Positions 52,786 through 63,746 of a DNA stretch of 64,000 nucleotides are shown piece after piece. The stretch's first letter is position 1. Each line of letters opens with the position of its first letter. Under the pieces are notes generated by a model. It was not told where the DNA came from. It saw only the letters and a program-made list of their open reading frames with translations, and did not search any database. The stretch spans positions 1 to 64,000 of IMG/VR virus record IMGVR_UViG_3300031994_000058. The stretch is one strand, 5' to 3'. The position numbers were made by a program, and so were the translations under genes. This DNA is from a virus. Its lineage: Duplodnaviria > Caudoviricetes.

Positions 52786-52786
52786 A

Positions 52787-55700
52787 TTATCGGCCTCCCC
52801 TTCTCTGACGTTGTGCTCTCTGACCCAAAGCATTATCATACTGAGCAACAGTAGCCCCGACAAGTGCCCCGGAATCGAGATAAATGTTTGTATTCATCAT
52901 GTTGTCGTTGAGCGAACGAATATCAGTCCTGAGGTCGCTAATAGACTGAACTACATTCTTGTCGTTATACTTATCGTTGCGCTCATACTCGAATGCTGTA
53001 TTAACATACTGACTCGCACTAGCGGCCAGCTTCTTAGAAACTGTTGGTGTCTTAAACAAGGTGTCAACTTCATTTGCTGTCTGTCTCATGTTGGACATAT
53101 CAATGACTGGTCGGATCTGTGGCGTTATTTCAGAGAATTGCCCGAATGTAACCGCGTCGCTAATCTCATTGATGGACTGTTGCATAACCTTAAGTGGCAT
53201 GTCATTTTGAAGTCCGATAGCAAGTCCTTCCATTGCGAACTGACCTAAAGCAAAGAACAACTTAGACGGTGAATTAACCTTCCATTCGTTGTATGCCGTA
53301 TCAATAATGTTCGCCATTTCACTAACAAGCCAATCCTTTGTGACTCCAAACTCGACTTCCATACCTCTTTTAAGTTCGTGCACAAGCGTGAAACCTGCCT
53401 GATAGAACGGCTTCTTATAGGATTTTACTGCAGTAACAGTATTCTCCATATTTTTGTCAAGTTCTGCAGCATTGCCATTAGCAGCCTCAATAAGTTGCTG
53501 CATAGAATCGGAACAACCGTCGACATTGTCGGTAACGGCAGAAGTGGTATCGCCCCAAAGACCCTGAATATTACCAAGATGTGCATCGGTGGTAATGTCC
53601 ATATTACCAAGATCTATGCCGTATTCATTGGTCATGTTGTCCATTATGGTTTGCATGTCAGTACTAGAAATCTCGCCCATATCCACCATGTTTGAAAGAT
53701 CACCGACGACTTGGTCAATTGGCAGCTTATCAGCAATCACGTTCCAATCCACGGCACTAAGATCAATTTCTCCATCTGACCAACCAGTAACGTCCTTGAT
53801 TGTGTCTACGAGATCTAAATCCTTCAGCTTGCTGTTTTCCAGACCGACCTTGATCGATCCGGCTACATTATCACCAGCTACTTTCGCAAACTTCTCTGAT
53901 TGATCGGAAAGAGCCTTTGCAGCATCCTGTTGCTGCTTCTCGTAGTCGACTGGATCGATGCCAAGCATATCTCTAAGCTCATTTTTGGCTGCATCATCGA
54001 AATTGTTCTTTCGGAATTCTGTCCACCATTCTATGCCAACGGTATGATCCATCTTGGCATAATCTTTCCAACCATTTTTTATTTCCAGAGCATTTGCTTC
54101 TGCTTCTTCATCCGCAGTTTTAATCTTTTCCCATGCTGTTCGTTCCTCATCTAGCATTTTATCTGCAGCGGCTATAGCTCCTATATCACCAGCCGCTGCT
54201 GCAAGTCCCTTGCTAAAATATAGACCCAGCATCGTAGCATAATGCTCGGCACCATGCAAGATTTTCTCCCACATATGACTACCAAGAATCCACAATTCCC
54301 ATATATCTCCACCAAGGTCGACAAGCGAATTGTATATAAAAGTACCAATAGCGCCGAACAACCCAGCGAGAGCAGGCATGATTAGATTGCCAATCGACAT
54401 GAGAATGCGCACGATAACGTACCAAATATAATTGGTATTAGCGTCGATTGCATCCGCAAGCTTCTCAAGCAGATTTAGAACGAATATGAGAAGTGACTCT
54501 ACAAGCGTGCCAGTAATCTCTCCAAGATATGCAGAGACCATGACAACAATACTTTCGATAGTCTTAAGAACCTCAGGACTTGTCTGACTAAGAGCAGCAC
54601 AAATGCCAAGGACAATCGCCGCTACTGTCATCATTGTCTTTTTACCAATCGCCGGAAGACCGCCACTATCGTTCAGTGATTTGAATGCCGTCGCAATAAT
54701 AGCGATAACGCCAAAGATTGCAGCGCCTACAAGTACTACAAAGGCACCAAAGGCTAATGCGGCAATAAGAAGCGTTCCGCCATCGTCCTTGATTTTTTCA
54801 CAGAATTGATGAAGTGAATCACCAAGGGCCGGTAAACCATCGACAAGAGCCGGAATTGCCTTTCCGAGAACATCCAACGCAACACCGAAGACTAAGATAG
54901 CAACGGATACGCCAAATAGAATTCCAGCAATGCCAAGAAGTATATACCCGAGAGCTTGCAAAATTGCCCCTGCTTGAGGTGCAACATAGGCCAAAACGGC
55001 GGCTAGTCCACCCATGACAAGGATGAACATTCCAAAAACAGCAGCGTATCCTTGCAGATCCTCTACAGATACGGTTTTTGCCAACAATGCAAACGCCCCA
55101 GCAATAATCATCAACCCGCCACAAAGAGCAAGAATCGCAACAGACATGGCCTTAATATCACCAGTCTCGACTTCATTCAGTGCACCCAACCATGTCAACA
55201 TGCCCATAAATGCCGCCATAAGAGCAACAAGAGCTATAGCCATGGTCGCTGCAACAGCTACAAATTCACCAACAGTAGAGTTATTCTGCTTGAGAGTTTT
55301 GAGAACTCCGGAGAATACGGCTGCGACAATCGCCATAAATGCGCCAATCGACACAATAACTGACGACATAGCAAATACCTGACTGCCTTTTATCTTCTCC
55401 ATTGCTTTGAGACAAATAGCAATAGCAGCGCCAAAAGCAACAACCATCATTGCAATAGCACCGGCAATTTTTATAGATGCCAAAGGATCGTTATTAAATT
55501 GCTCAATAACTGCAAGGGCACTAATTACCGGAAGGAGATGATTAAGCGTCGTAGCGAATATGAGCATTACTGCTGCCATCGCTAACATTGGCTTTAGGAT
55601 GCCATTTTGATTTATAGAGGTCTTAGACGAAAGTAACGCAAGAAGCGATGCAATACCAGCTAAGACGACTAACAATCCGCCAATTACCGTGATTATACCT

Positions 55701-58700
55701 TGCATCATTCGGCCATCGACGTCATCCTTCGTAAGAGCAGCCACAACAATTATAGCGGGAATTAAGAGGTCAACAGCCAATGCTAAACTGGTTATAACAA
55801 CCGACATTGCTAAAAGTGCTTCAATTGCCTTTGAGAGTTTCTTTGCGTTAGTATGTGTTGCCATATACTCTGTGAGATACATAATACCAGCCATTATACC
55901 GCCAAGTATAATAACGATAGTAGACACAGCTGTAAATGCGTCCAACAGTTTAGTTCGAGGAATCTTGGCCAATTTAGTCATAGCATTCACTATGATTTCT
56001 ATCGCACCGCCAATAGCCAGAATAGCAACTGCAAGCGATGTAAACACTCCGCTCGGCCCCTCAGACTTTGTCGCAAAACCAAGGAATTTGGTTATGGATT
56101 TAGAATCAAGCTTCTTTGCCGCTTCAGCGAATGTGTATACTAAAACGCCAAGAAGACCCATGAGAATAACAACGATACCAACAGCTATAACAAGTCTTTG
56201 CATTCCCTCTGTTGTACTAAGGTCAATGTCCTTAATCATCGTGTTAACCTGACTTAACGCACTAGCAATAGCCAAAGCAAACCCGGCGATTGCCAAAATC
56301 ATGGCAGCGACACCAAGAGTTCCGGCATCAATGTTCGCGGTATTATTAGATAACAGCGTTAATGTTTTATTACCGGAGTTGCTAATTTTTGTACGATTGA
56401 TGGATGTTAGGCTGGTGTTCATCTTTGACACAATCTTAGCAAAGATGGCAAAGAATGTGCCAAGAATTACCATTGCTGCTATACCCTGTGACAATTCATT
56501 TTCTGGAAGTTTACCAAGGAGAATTACAGCACCAGCAACAGCGACCAATGCATATACATAAGACTCAATAACCTGTGCCTGAGTAATCTGTTGTAAAGAG
56601 GTCTTTGCCTGCGCGACGGTACCTTTTACGTTTGCCACTACGTCATTGAAATTCGAGAAGATGTCAGCAATACTAAGCGGAACCTTAGCAAGCTTATCAA
56701 GCGCGTCACTGAGATTCTTCGTGCCTTTGCGGAATTCAACCAAACCCCAAATGATAGCGAACAAAGACGTGATAGTCTTAAGCTTCTCCCAGTCAATCTC
56801 AGTATTCTTAAAGAAATTGGTGACAGCTTCACCAATACCAGTCAATACATTTCCAAAGAATTTCGCACTACCACGAGTAACTTCCTCAGAATCAGTATTA
56901 CCAAGAACGCCAGAAAGGCTAGTGCTCATCTGTGAGAAAATGTCTTTATTACCAGAACGAGTATCGCCACTGCCATTTTGAATTTTATCAATAAATGCAT
57001 CAACCCAAGAGATGACGTTAGCGATTCCTGTTACAAGATTGTTAAACCCGGTAGCGAGAAGTTCAACAACGCCAAGAAGAACGTTAAGCCAACTGAATGA
57101 ACCTTCACCCTTCTTTCCCTCATTGACAAGAGAACTCATGGCTCTGTCCGGAGCCTTGGCGTTGTCTTTACCAAACAGATTTGAGATTGCTGTCGATAAG
57201 TTGCTAAGAACTGTGCTAACATTCTGAAAAACCTTTGAGTTTGTGATGTAATCTTTGACAGTATTAGCAAGGTTTACAACCCAAGTGACTGCTTTAGAAA
57301 TTACACCAATTACTACTTTGCCGACATCAATAATTCCGCCGATAATTTCTTTGGCTTTCTCAAACGCTTGCGTCAAACCATAAATAAATGCTTCAACAGC
57401 AATGTCGTCATCTGCGAACGAAGTGAGAACATCTCCGATAGCCGCTAGAATGTCCAAGAACGTCGGAAGAACATTTTTTGTAGCAACTTTTAACGTTTTA
57501 CCAAACAGTTTCGATACGAGCTTTGTGACAATTCTCAGCATTGCCGCAATACCAGAAAAGATTCTAGTAATACGATCGTTCTCGTTTAGCGCTTGTCGAA
57601 CGCTATTAATGCCATCAATAAGCCCAGAAAGCGCATTTCTCACAATGTCTAAAATATCAATGTCACCAAATACATTATGAAAAGCGTCACTCCCTGCCTT
57701 TCCGAAATCTCGGATTACACCTGTGAAAGTATTAAACAGCGTGACAAGCTGAGAAACAATCGCACGGACCTTGAGCAGTCCTCCATTCGCTACCGTATCC
57801 GTAATTGTTCGAGCTACATTTGCGATAGGGTCAAGAATCCAATGCACAATGTTTTTGAGCCCCGAATTTTTCTTCATGGACTGCCCAAACTGATCAATTG
57901 CCGAACGAATCATTTCTACCAGAGACCAGAATCCGAGAAAAATATCATAGATCGTATGGTAAACAGAATCGTCAAAGAACACTTCACGAATGGCATCTGC
58001 AACTCCACCAAGAACTTTACCAAGTTTAGAAGACATACGAACAATGCCGCTTTCTTCTTCCTCTACTTCTTCGAGCCCTTCACTTACGGATTCACCAACG
58101 GTATAGCCATCCTTGACCATCTGCTCATGGACCTCATCGAGCGATTTCTTTGAGCCATATGCAATCTGATTGACATGCTTTTGTACATACTTTGGGTCTA
58201 ATCCAAGCGCCTCAAGCGCACGTACACGAGCCTCGCCATTACCAAAACTACCCTTAGTCCAAATATCAGACACGGCCTGAAAAGCTTTCTCGACATACTC
58301 GCTGGCTTCCTGAGCGGCTTCACTAACTTCGTCGATTGTCTCTTCAACAGCGCCAAATGCATCCTTTACAGAGTAAATGGCATCGTAAAGACCACTGTTC
58401 GTAAAAGCGTTGGTAAACGCCTCATGATAGGATGAGAATGCATCACCAACTGCCTTAACAATTCTAAGGAAATTATACCAAATATCAGCAAGCTTTCCAA
58501 GAATACCATTAGTTGCACTGGCTTCCAAGCGATCTGTAAAGTTATGGAATGGATTAAGAATCTCTTGGATTTTTGTACTATTCATCTCGCCGAATACATC
58601 CGTCCAGCCTTGTTTTATAGCTTCAGTAAAGGCGGCAACAGTGTCCATAATCTGGTAAAGGCTTTTACGGAATCTATCGAATCCTTTAGGAGACCAATCA

Positions 58701-59965
58701 TCAAGGGCACTATTCAGATTATCAATCGGCGCTGAAAACACATCCCAAAGGGTATTTGCAAGATCTGTCCAAAGTTCCTTAGCCTGCTCATAGTTGCCGA
58801 TAAAATGCTCGAATGCGGTCATGAAACCTGTAGACACGGCATCCTTTACAGAATCAATAGCATCCGACAGTGTTCGCGCTTCCTGTGAGGCCTTGAACGC
58901 TTTAAGTCCGAGATCATCTTCACTAACACCAAGAGCCTTAATTGCATCAGAAGTATACTCGATTTCATCATGCGCTTGCATGAATTCGTAAAGTTCTTCT
59001 GTCGTTCCGCCAAAACGCTTAAGGGCTCTAGTCATGACATTAGTCGTTAACCACTTGGCCTTTGTCATGGCGTTCTCGAAATTTTCAATTGTTACGATGC
59101 TGTCATCGTCGAACGATCCAAAAGCTCCGTATACGCCTTCGGCGCCTTTTTCAAGTACCCCTTCCGCCACAGCAGCGTCGATCAGGGCCTCCTTGAATTG
59201 TACCGTGTCCATGTGAGCAGTTTTGATCCAACTCCATCGCTGTCTATCCATGTAGCCTTGTGCGATTGCTCCAGAGAAACCCTCCATGGCGTGCGAAGCA
59301 TCCTGAACAGAAGAACCAGCAAGACCTGCAGCATTACCGATACCAATCATGGCCGTGATAGCATCGTCGAGTGCGATACCAGCATTGGTAAACTTACCAA
59401 TATTGTTTGTCATATCGGTGTAGGCATACGACGTTTCGTCAGTATACCAGTTTAGTTTCTTAAGCTTCTCAGTAACCTCATCAGCGCTCATCCCGGTCGC
59501 TGACATAATCGATGCGACGGATCTTGTCTTTTCGCCAAACTTTTCCCAACCAGCAGACAACTGATCGATAGTAAGAGATTTAGCGAGGCGTTCGCCAGCA
59601 TCAAGGGCCTGTTCACCAAGCCGTCTGAGCGCTCCGACAGATATTTCTTCGAGCTTGCTGAAAGACTGAGAAACGGCTTCTGCATTTGCTCCGAGTTCCT
59701 TTAAATTTCTTACAGGATGAAGTGCGACATCGCCGAGCTTTTTATAGACATTGTAGAATTTCTCGACACCTGTAACGGCCCCGGAAACAGTAGATGTAAC
59801 TTTTTTCAAGCTATTTGCGATGGTCTCAAAACCAGACTTTACTCCACTGAAATCCAGACTTTTCTTCAGTTTGTCAACAGTCTTCAGTGACTGAGCGGCA
59901 TTCTTTTCAAAGTCTTTGTTATTAAATTGTAAATTTACGATCTGATTGTCAATTGTTGTACTCAT
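52787..59965 (-). CDS. Tape measure protein
   Basis: 2392 aa; N-terminal tape_meas-type segment (L.WYTDETSY...MT.NIGKF..AG); long helical/hydrophobic repeats; upstream of Dit. Confidence 0.95.
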   Translation of the reverse strand: MSTTIDNQIVNLQFNNKDFEKNAAQSLKTVDKLKKSLDFSGVKSGFETIANSLKKVTSTVSGAVTGVEKFYNVYKKLGDVALHPVRNLKELGANAEAVSQSFSKLEEISVGALRRLGEQALDAGERLAKSLTIDQLSAGWEKFGEKTRSVASIMSATGMSADEVTEKLKKLNWYTDETSYAYTDMTNNIGKFTNAGIALDDAITAMIGIGNAAGLAGSSVQDASHAMEGFSGAIAQGYMDRQRWSWIKTAHMDTVQFKEALIDAAVAEGVLEKGAEGVYGAFGSFDDDSIVTIENFENAMTKAKWLTTNVMTRALKRFGGTTEELYEFMQAHDEIEYTSDAIKALGVSEDDLGLKAFKASQEARTLSDAIDSVKDAVSTGFMTAFEHFIGNYEQAKELWTDLANTLWDVFSAPIDNLNSALDDWSPKGFDRFRKSLYQIMDTVAAFTEAIKQGWTDVFGEMNSTKIQEILNPFHNFTDRLEASATNGILGKLADIWYNFLRIVKAVGDAFSSYHEAFTNAFTNSGLYDAIYSVKDAFGAVEETIDEVSEAAQEASEYVEKAFQAVSDIWTKGSFGNGEARVRALEALGLDPKYVQKHVNQIAYGSKKSLDEVHEQMVKDGYTVGESVSEGLEEVEEEESGIVRMSSKLGKVLGGVADAIREVFFDDSVYHTIYDIFLGFWSLVEMIRSAIDQFGQSMKKNSGLKNIVHWILDPIANVARTITDTVANGGLLKVRAIVSQLVTLFNTFTGVIRDFGKAGSDAFHNVFGDIDILDIVRNALSGLIDGINSVRQALNENDRITRIFSGIAAMLRIVTKLVSKLFGKTLKVATKNVLPTFLDILAAIGDVLTSFADDDIAVEAFIYGLTQAFEKAKEIIGGIIDVGKVVIGVISKAVTWVVNLANTVKDYITNSKVFQNVSTVLSNLSTAISNLFGKDNAKAPDRAMSSLVNEGKKGEGSFSWLNVLLGVVELLATGFNNLVTGIANVISWVDAFIDKIQNGSGDTRSGNKDIFSQMSTSLSGVLGNTDSEEVTRGSAKFFGNVLTGIGEAVTNFFKNTEIDWEKLKTITSLFAIIWGLVEFRKGTKNLSDALDKLAKVPLSIADIFSNFNDVVANVKGTVAQAKTSLQQITQAQVIESYVYALVAVAGAVILLGKLPENELSQGIAAMVILGTFFAIFAKIVSKMNTSLTSINRTKISNSGNKTLTLLSNNTANIDAGTLGVAAMILAIAGFALAIASALSQVNTMIKDIDLSTTEGMQRLVIAVGIVVILMGLLGVLVYTFAEAAKKLDSKSITKFLGFATKSEGPSGVFTSLAVAILAIGGAIEIIVNAMTKLAKIPRTKLLDAFTAVSTIVIILGGIMAGIMYLTEYMATHTNAKKLSKAIEALLAMSVVITSLALAVDLLIPAIIVVAALTKDDVDGRMMQGIITVIGGLLVVLAGIASLLALLSSKTSINQNGILKPMLAMAAVMLIFATTLNHLLPVISALAVIEQFNNDPLASIKIAGAIAMMVVAFGAAIAICLKAMEKIKGSQVFAMSSVIVSIGAFMAIVAAVFSGVLKTLKQNNSTVGEFVAVAATMAIALVALMAAFMGMLTWLGALNEVETGDIKAMSVAILALCGGLMIIAGAFALLAKTVSVEDLQGYAAVFGMFILVMGGLAAVLAYVAPQAGAILQALGYILLGIAGILFGVSVAILVFGVALDVLGKAIPALVDGLPALGDSLHQFCEKIKDDGGTLLIAALAFGAFVVLVGAAIFGVIAIIATAFKSLNDSGGLPAIGKKTMMTVAAIVLGICAALSQTSPEVLKTIESIVVMVSAYLGEITGTLVESLLIFVLNLLEKLADAIDANTNYIWYVIVRILMSIGNLIMPALAGLFGAIGTFIYNSLVDLGGDIWELWILGSHMWEKILHGAEHYATMLGLYFSKGLAAAAGDIGAIAAADKMLDEERTAWEKIKTADEEAEANALEIKNGWKDYAKMDHTVGIEWWTEFRKNNFDDAAKNELRDMLGIDPVDYEKQQQDAAKALSDQSEKFAKVAGDNVAGSIKVGLENSKLKDLDLVDTIKDVTGWSDGEIDLSAVDWNVIADKLPIDQVVGDLSNMVDMGEISSTDMQTIMDNMTNEYGIDLGNMDITTDAHLGNIQGLWGDTTSAVTDNVDGCSDSMQQLIEAANGNAAELDKNMENTVTAVKSYKKPFYQAGFTLVHELKRGMEVEFGVTKDWLVSEMANIIDTAYNEWKVNSPSKLFFALGQFAMEGLAIGLQNDMPLKVMQQSINEISDAVTFGQFSEITPQIRPVIDMSNMRQTANEVDTLFKTPTVSKKLAASASQYVNTAFEYERNDKYNDKNVVQSISDLRTDIRSLNDNMMNTNIYLDSGALVGATVAQYDNALGQRAQRQRRGGR

Positions 59966-60366
59966 CTATCAGTCACCTCCAACCATACATCTTTCTTGAA
60001 CTTACTTACATAAGGCTCAATTGTAGGAGTTACAAAATCATTAGGAGGAATCCAGTATCCATTTGCTGTGGCATGACCATTTACAATCAACAGAACAATC
60101 GGCGTTAATCTATCAGAGTTGTAGTAATAACCCTCTACATGATTTGAGTTTGTCCATGTAATTGTCGTTGAATTCCTTGTGGTTTCGATTTCATAACCCC
60201 AAGATTCTGAAGTTTTTCCCGTATCCTTAGGCGTCGCTTCCTTTAAAGCTTCAGTCACTTCCTTTGCAAAACTGTCGAGCTTCCGATACCACTTCTTACT
60301 AGTTGCTTGTCGTAAAAGGCTTTCTGTATGCTTGAAGTTTCCTTCACTATTTATTCTAATGCCCAT
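59962..60366 (-). CDS. HK97 gp10-like tail/neck completion protein
   Basis: L..ATPKDTGKT..SW.YEI...GH.T.NG...P.NDF..P; start taken at MGIRI. Confidence 0.7.
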   Translation of the reverse strand: MGIRINSEGNFKHTESLLRQATSKKWYRKLDSFAKEVTEALKEATPKDTGKTSESWGYEIETTRNSTTITWTNSNHVEGYYYNSDRLTPIVLLIVNGHATANGYWIPPNDFVTPTIEPYVSKFKKDVWLEVTDR

Positions 60367-60412
60367 AAAAGAAGCGCCGCCCTTTCGTAAAAATTTATAG
60401 AAGTTGTAGAAT

Positions 60413-60967
60413 TTACGTGCGTGGTTTTCGTCTAGCCTTATTGACCATATGGTTCTGTCTAAGAACATCCTGCTTAGACATTTTCTTAGACGGTTGGCTT
60501 TTAATGCTAGCAACCTTTAAAAGCGTCATGAGTCTATTAAAATGCCAATACTGAGTCTCAAAAGGAATTTGTGCAGCCGCCATCCAATAATACACTAACT
60601 CACTTGTAACGATTTCGTTATTGCTAGGGGTTTTGCCCTGTTTTAATAATTTATCATTAAACCAAGTTGCTGTCATGGAATCGTTCATGTATTCGGCAAT
60701 CTCGTTTTGTTGGGCCTTGGTTAAAGCTTGTAAAACGAGTGGATTAACATTGTCATCCAGAATCATACATCGAATGTAATCAAGCATTTGTTCTTGGGTT
60801 TTCTTGTGTCGTTTATCATCTGCGAGAAACGCAATCTTCCATTTTGATTCCCACTTAGCTATTGCATATAGACTATGCTCTAAATGGAGAGTCTGCGGTT
60901 CTATAGTCACAAACTCTCCATTAGCTTCATCGTAAAATTCTACAGCGTTAACCTGCAGTTCGAGCAT
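60413..60967 (-). CDS. Tail assembly chaperone-associated protein
   Basis: LHLEHSLYAIAKWESKW...TSELVYYWM....IPFE...WHFNRLMTL; position before TMP. Confidence 0.7.
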   Translation of the reverse strand: MLELQVNAVEFYDEANGEFVTIEPQTLHLEHSLYAIAKWESKWKIAFLADDKRHKKTQEQMLDYIRCMILDDNVNPLVLQALTKAQQNEIAEYMNDSMTATWFNDKLLKQGKTPSNNEIVTSELVYYWMAAAQIPFETQYWHFNRLMTLLKVASIKSQPSKKMSKQDVLRQNHMVNKARRKPRT

Positions 60968-61401
60968 TACTTATGCTGGAGCGCAGGATGATTTGCATTC
61001 TGATTGCCCGATGCCTGAGCCTTCTCTCGTACATCGGGAGGAAGGATGCCATTTACAAAGTTTGCAGCCTCTTTGTCATCACTTACGAGCTGCATATAGA
61101 GAACGCTGTACGCCTCTGTCTCGATAAATTCGTCGGCAAGTCGATGTCCGTCAGGTGCCTTCTTGATGAATCGCTTACCGTCAGCAGACTTCTCACCATA
61201 AGCGAGCATGATAAGCTCCTTAAAGAGCTTTGCCAGAGTAGGTACATCTTTAGCCGCAACGATCTTGGTGATGTACTCACCAAAACCGCCAGCCTGGGAC
61301 ATCTGAAGCTCTGCAAGCTCTGCCTGTGTCAGATTGAAGTAGAAATCTTCCTTCATCTCGACGCCATCAAAATTCGTGTACTCGATTGTCTTCTTAAGCA
61401 T
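60967..61401 (-). CDS. Tail assembly chaperone
   Basis: MLKKTIEYTNFDG...FYFNLT.AEL...AYGEKS.DGKRF.K...F..TEAY..L. Confidence 0.75.
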   Translation of the reverse strand: MLKKTIEYTNFDGVEMKEDFYFNLTQAELAELQMSQAGGFGEYITKIVAAKDVPTLAKLFKELIMLAYGEKSADGKRFIKKAPDGHRLADEFIETEAYSVLYMQLVSDDKEAANFVNGILPPDVREKAQASGNQNANHPALQHK

Positions 61402-61445
61402 AATAATTACCTCCGCTTGTTTCTTGTGGTTTTTCTATTTATCCA

Positions 61446-62345
61446 TTATACGCGCTTGACGTATTTGGAACTGAGATTAATCCAGCCTACGCCGGAAATA
61501 AGCTTGCCCCAACCATTCTTCTCCTCGATGATGGAGTAAATCTCATTCTTATGAACGATTGCGGTACGTTTATAGGATGCTCCCGGTCCAGAACGAACGT
61601 TCAGTGCATAGCAAATTACTTTTACATTGAACTTCTTCACGTTAGTCGGGGTTGTGGGTTTTGTGGGTGTTATAGTTGGCGCCGGGGTTGGAGTAGGAGT
61701 CGGCTGTGTCGCAGGTGCGTCGGTCTTCGCAAAGCCATTCTTACCGGAAGCCTTGATGATCGACGGAAAGTCTTGATAACATTCATCGAGATCCACCTTA
61801 CCGTTGATGCCTTTAATAGACCCTTTATCACTCTTCTGCCAGATAGCATACGGATCCGGATAGTTGGTTTTACTTACACCGTAATGTGCAACCCACATCG
61901 TATACTTCTGTCTCGTAGTGGTGGAAATGTTATCTACCAGAGGATAACGAGAACCGTAGATACCTGCGAAATATCCAGCAGCCTCGAGTTCGGAACAGAA
62001 TGCCTCAACGATCTCGGTAACGGCGGTTTTAGAAAGGGCAAGCTGCTTTTCATACTCAACATCCATGTAAATCGGATACTCAAACTGTTTACCAGAGAGA
62101 GCCTTGATACAAGCCTTTGCCTCCGATCTCGCTGCAGCAGGAGTGAGAGCCTTGGAATACCAGTAAGCACCACAAGGAATGCCATGTGCCTTACATTCTC
62201 GGTAATTTCGCTCATACTTGACATCTGTTGCAGTACCAATACCGGCGCGCATGATAATGAACTGTGCCTTAGGATCGGTCTTTACCTTGCTGAAATCTGG
62301 GTCACCCTGCCATTTTGAAATGTCAATGCCATAAACGGTAGCCAT
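61446..62345 (-). CDS. Endolysin: GH25 muramidase + P/T linker + SH3b cell-wall-binding domain
   Basis: GIDISKWQG; YMDVE; VDLDE; ALNVRSGPG...GWGKL.SG.GWI.L. Confidence 0.92.
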   Translation of the reverse strand: MATVYGIDISKWQGDPDFSKVKTDPKAQFIIMRAGIGTATDVKYERNYRECKAHGIPCGAYWYSKALTPAAARSEAKACIKALSGKQFEYPIYMDVEYEKQLALSKTAVTEIVEAFCSELEAAGYFAGIYGSRYPLVDNISTTTRQKYTMWVAHYGVSKTNYPDPYAIWQKSDKGSIKGINGKVDLDECYQDFPSIIKASGKNGFAKTDAPATQPTPTPTPAPTITPTKPTTPTNVKKFNVKVICYALNVRSGPGASYKRTAIVHKNEIYSIIEEKNGWGKLISGVGWINLSSKYVKRV

Positions 62346-62698
62346 TAGTCGTTACCTCCTCCCATGAGATACATAAGAATAAAAAGCCAAAGCACGTCCC
62401 GCGAAGAATCAGACTTAAACACATTGGGAATGTTTGTCTCCTCGATTCGGTTTTCAAAGCTGGGGAGATTGTACTTGATGTCGAACGTTGTTGCTCGTGC
62501 GATGAGAACGGACAGATACTTGCCCATTGTGTCGTACTGTTCCTGAAGCAAAGAATACTCGGGTGAATCCTCACCGATTTTCTTCATATGCTTCTCGAGA
62601 CCATACATACGAAGATCACACTGTTCGATCTCTGCGACGAGCCGCTCCTTCCAGTCGTCTGACATCATTCCGTCAATGGTGTCTCTTAAAGTCTTCAT
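62345..62698 (-). CDS. Small helical phage protein (crAss001_48-like)
   Basis: DWKERLVAEIEQ...LL.EQ...M..YL.VL..RA pattern. Confidence 0.55.
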   Translation of the reverse strand: MKTLRDTIDGMMSDDWKERLVAEIEQCDLRMYGLEKHMKKIGEDSPEYSLLQEQYDTMGKYLSVLIARATTFDIKYNLPSFENRIEETNIPNVFKSDSSRDVLWLFILMYLMGGGND

Positions 62699-63746
62699 AT
62701 GAAATTCCTCCTTTTATTATAGCTTTTAAAAGCCTTATAAATTTTAGTTTTAGATATCGATTTTTGAGTTCTCTTGTGGTGGTGATAGTTAATAATGACA
62801 ATCGTGAAAGCATTCCGGACGCCATCTTAGAGGTCAGAACTAAGTTATTACGGATCCTGGAATGAAGAGATCTGTACTTTCTTTTAAGACGTAATAGAAC
62901 CGGTTTTCGAAGCATAAATCTGGTCCCTTGATACCGGTAACCAAGAGCCGATACGGGACGAGATGATACTTTGTACACTTGCCAGTTAGGTTTTAACCGT
63001 AAACAAATGCCGTTTAAGTAATCGGATATGGCCCGAACTACTTTATGGAGCATTCTCTTATTAGAATGAAAAAGTGTTAAATTGTCCATATAACGAAGAT
63101 AATGCGGTACATGAAGAACCTCACGAATGTAATGATCGAGAGGTTGAAGAAGGACATTCGCGAACCATTGACTATGGAATGCGCCTATCATTACACCATC
63201 CTGTATTGATATTTTTATCAATTTCATCACTCGCTCATCATTTATAAGACTTCGAAATCGACTTTCTATAATTGATGGTAAAATGGACTCATAAAAATGA
63301 TGAATGTCGAGTTCTGCACAATATTTGGTATGCTTTGGATCATTTTTCAGCCATTTACGAATACCAGTTTGTCCGCGTTTTAGACCTCGACCTTTAATCG
63401 AACCGCAGCACCAATAGTCCATTCCTCGCATCATTACGGGCATCAAAGCCTGTACAAGCATATGGTGGATGTACTGGTCGGGCCATAATTTAGGCTCTGT
63501 TATAGTTCGAATCTTCTTGGCGTTGTGGTCATATCGCCTAGTGACTTTTGGTCTACTTGGCTTAAATCCCTTTATTACGATGTTTCGTAACTCTCTAACA
63601 CGCTCTTCTAATGTAGCTTCTATCCATATCACGGTTCGATTAAGACCCTTACGTGTGCGCCTGTGGGATTTGTTTACGTCTCTAATCGCTTGTTTAATGT
63701 TGTCATCGCTAATTAATATGGGAAAGAGATTCTTTACTCTCTTCAT
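62673..63746 (-). CDS. DGR-type reverse transcriptase
   Basis: 357 aa; LDIHHFYESI; GVMIGAFHSQWFAN (DGR-like motif 4); YLRYMDNL; LGY; no maturase/endonuclease domain; TR directly upstream. Confidence 0.9.
   Translation of the reverse strand: MKRVKNLFPILISDDNIKQAIRDVNKSHRRTRKGLNRTVIWIEATLEERVRELRNIVIKGFKPSRPKVTRRYDHNAKKIRTITEPKLWPDQYIHHMLVQALMPVMMRGMDYWCCGSIKGRGLKRGQTGIRKWLKNDPKHTKYCAELDIHHFYESILPSIIESRFRSLINDERVMKLIKISIQDGVMIGAFHSQWFANVLLQPLDHYIREVLHVPHYLRYMDNLTLFHSNKRMLHKVVRAISDYLNGICLRLKPNWQVYKVSSRPVSALGYRYQGTRFMLRKPVLLRLKRKYRSLHSRIRNNLVLTSKMASGMLSRLSLLTITTTRELKNRYLKLKFIRLLKAIIKGGISYEDFKRHH

Noticed and set aside
60413-61401. Programmed frameshift between the tail chaperone genes
   Set aside because: No slippery heptamer seen near the end of 60967..61401; the genes are coupled by a TAATG overlap
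62345-62698. Small helical ORF next to the RT as DGR accessory protein Avd
   Set aside because: It lies downstream of the RT, and its pattern fits a crAss001_48-like protein rather than Avd; avd would be expected upstream of the TR, outside the window
62673-63746. RT as group II intron, retron or Abi RT
   Set aside because: Too short, no maturase/endonuclease domain, and an AAC-rich CLec-type TR sits directly upstream
42065-63746. Genome-wide TAG recoding (code 15)
   Set aside because: All long structural ORFs are intact under code 11 and coding density is already high; only a few isolated in-frame TAGs exist
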